A DNA stretch of 51,554 nucleotides from a virus (lineage: Duplodnaviria; Heunggongvirae; Uroviricota; Caudoviricetes), in the IMG/VR virus record IMGVR_UViG_2531839664_000034, one strand, 5' to 3'. The translations under genes and the position numbers were made by a program. Under the pieces are notes generated by a model. It saw only the letters and a program-made list of their open reading frames with translations. It was not told the origin of the DNA and searched no databases. Shown here piece after piece: positions 50,594 to 51,554 of the stretch (position 1 is the first letter of the stretch; each line of letters opens with the position of its first letter).

Positions 50594-51554
50594 TACCTGT
50601 ATGGAGCACGGCCTGCCCGGACTGGGCAGAGCGCCTGAAAAAGGGGCTGTCGATTATTCCGGCTCCGATTTATCCGGACCAGGCCGCACATGCCCTGGCG
50701 ATTTTTAAACAACTGCGGATTGTGGATGCACCGGGTAGCCCGACGTTCGGGGAGTCCTGTGCACAGTGGGTGTTTGACCTGGTGGCGGCTCTGTTTGGCT
50801 CCTACGATGCGCAGACCGGTGTCCGCCATATCAAGGAAGTGTTCATTCTGATACCCAAAAAAACAGCAAGTCCACACTGGCCGCCGGGATCATGATGACG
50901 GCGCTGTTACTGAACTGGCGGCAGGCGGCGGGTTACACGATTCTGGCCCCGACTGTGGAGGTGGCAGCCAACGCCTTCAATCCTGCCAGGGATATGGTAC
51001 GACGGGACGATGATCTGGATGACCTCTGTCAGGTGCAGACACATATCCGGACCATCACCCACCGGGTGACGGACACCACCCTGAAGGTGGTGGCAGCCGA
51101 TCCGAATACGGTGTCCGGTATCAAGTCCGTGGGGACGCTGATTGATGAGTTGTGGCTGTTTGGCAAGCAGTACAAGGCGGAGGACATGTTACGTGAAGCC
51201 ATCGGCGGGCTTGCCTCCCGCCCGGAAGGGTTTGTGGTGTATACGACCACCCAGTCGAATGAACCGCCAGCCGGGGTGTTCAGACAGAAACTGCAGTACG
51301 CCCGGGATGTGCGCGACGGCAAAATTAATGATCCGCACTTTCTGCCGGTGATATTTGAACACCCTCCTGAAATGGTGGAAAGCGGGGCTCACCTGCTGAT
51401 GGAAAACCTCGCCATGGTCAATCCGAATCTCGGCTATTCAGTGGATGAGGCCTTTCTGTACCGGGAGTACCGTAAAGCCCGGGAAGCCGGGGAAGAGACA
51501 TTCCGGGGGTTCATGTCAAAACACGCCAATGTGGAAATTGGTCTTGCCCTGCGC
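50590..51554 (+). pseudogene. Terminase large subunit, partial (runs off window end), frameshifted in an A7 tract at 50857-50863
   Basis: Frame 1 gives ...IKEVFILIPKK then stops at 50895; the -1 frame from the A-run reads NSKSTLAAGIMMTALLLNWRQAAGYTILAPT... open to the window end; one extra A restores ...IPKKNSKSTLAAG... Confidence 0.7.

Overview
Read from sequence alone, this 51.5-kb window is a mosaic accessory region of an Enterobacteriaceae (Escherichia/Shigella-like) chromosome, rich in insertion sequences and decaying genes. No homology search or HMM was run; family names come from motifs and remembered sequences. Five blocks: (1) 1-5259: nested IS66-family elements, one intact 2709-bp copy with a perfect 8-bp target duplication inserted into tnpA of a second copy. 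(2) 5260-16063: the integrase-proximal arm of a P4/CP4-57-like island on the minus strand (integrase, two unassigned cargo genes, AlpA-like, YfjI-like, YfjJ-like, and a primase-like/SF2-helicase fusion whose convergent PRTase partner is cut by the IS66 end), ending at a 47-nt tRNA 3-prime fragment. (3) 16300-22500: an ORF split by one in-frame amber codon, scrambled IS3 and resolvase remnants, and a frameshifted autotransporter. (4) 22900-34425: three consecutive tyrosine-recombinase genes plus a small fourth gene (GInt-like), the third split by an IS600-like element; AT-rich cargo includes a gene with about 22 GCCAGA repeats (Glu-Pro)n split by IS629. (5) 35735-51554: the right part of a lambdoid prophage (helicase/primase, Q, a moron locus with Dam-like methyltransferase plus ParB-fold protein, nanS-p-like esterase, lysis cassette, HNH, terminases); its left arm is missing at an IS629 junction. 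No rRNA, CRISPR array, intact tRNA or stx genes were found. The best candidates for an undescribed system are the primase-helicase/PRTase pair, the two cargo genes beside the integrase, and the methyltransferase/ParB-fold pair.
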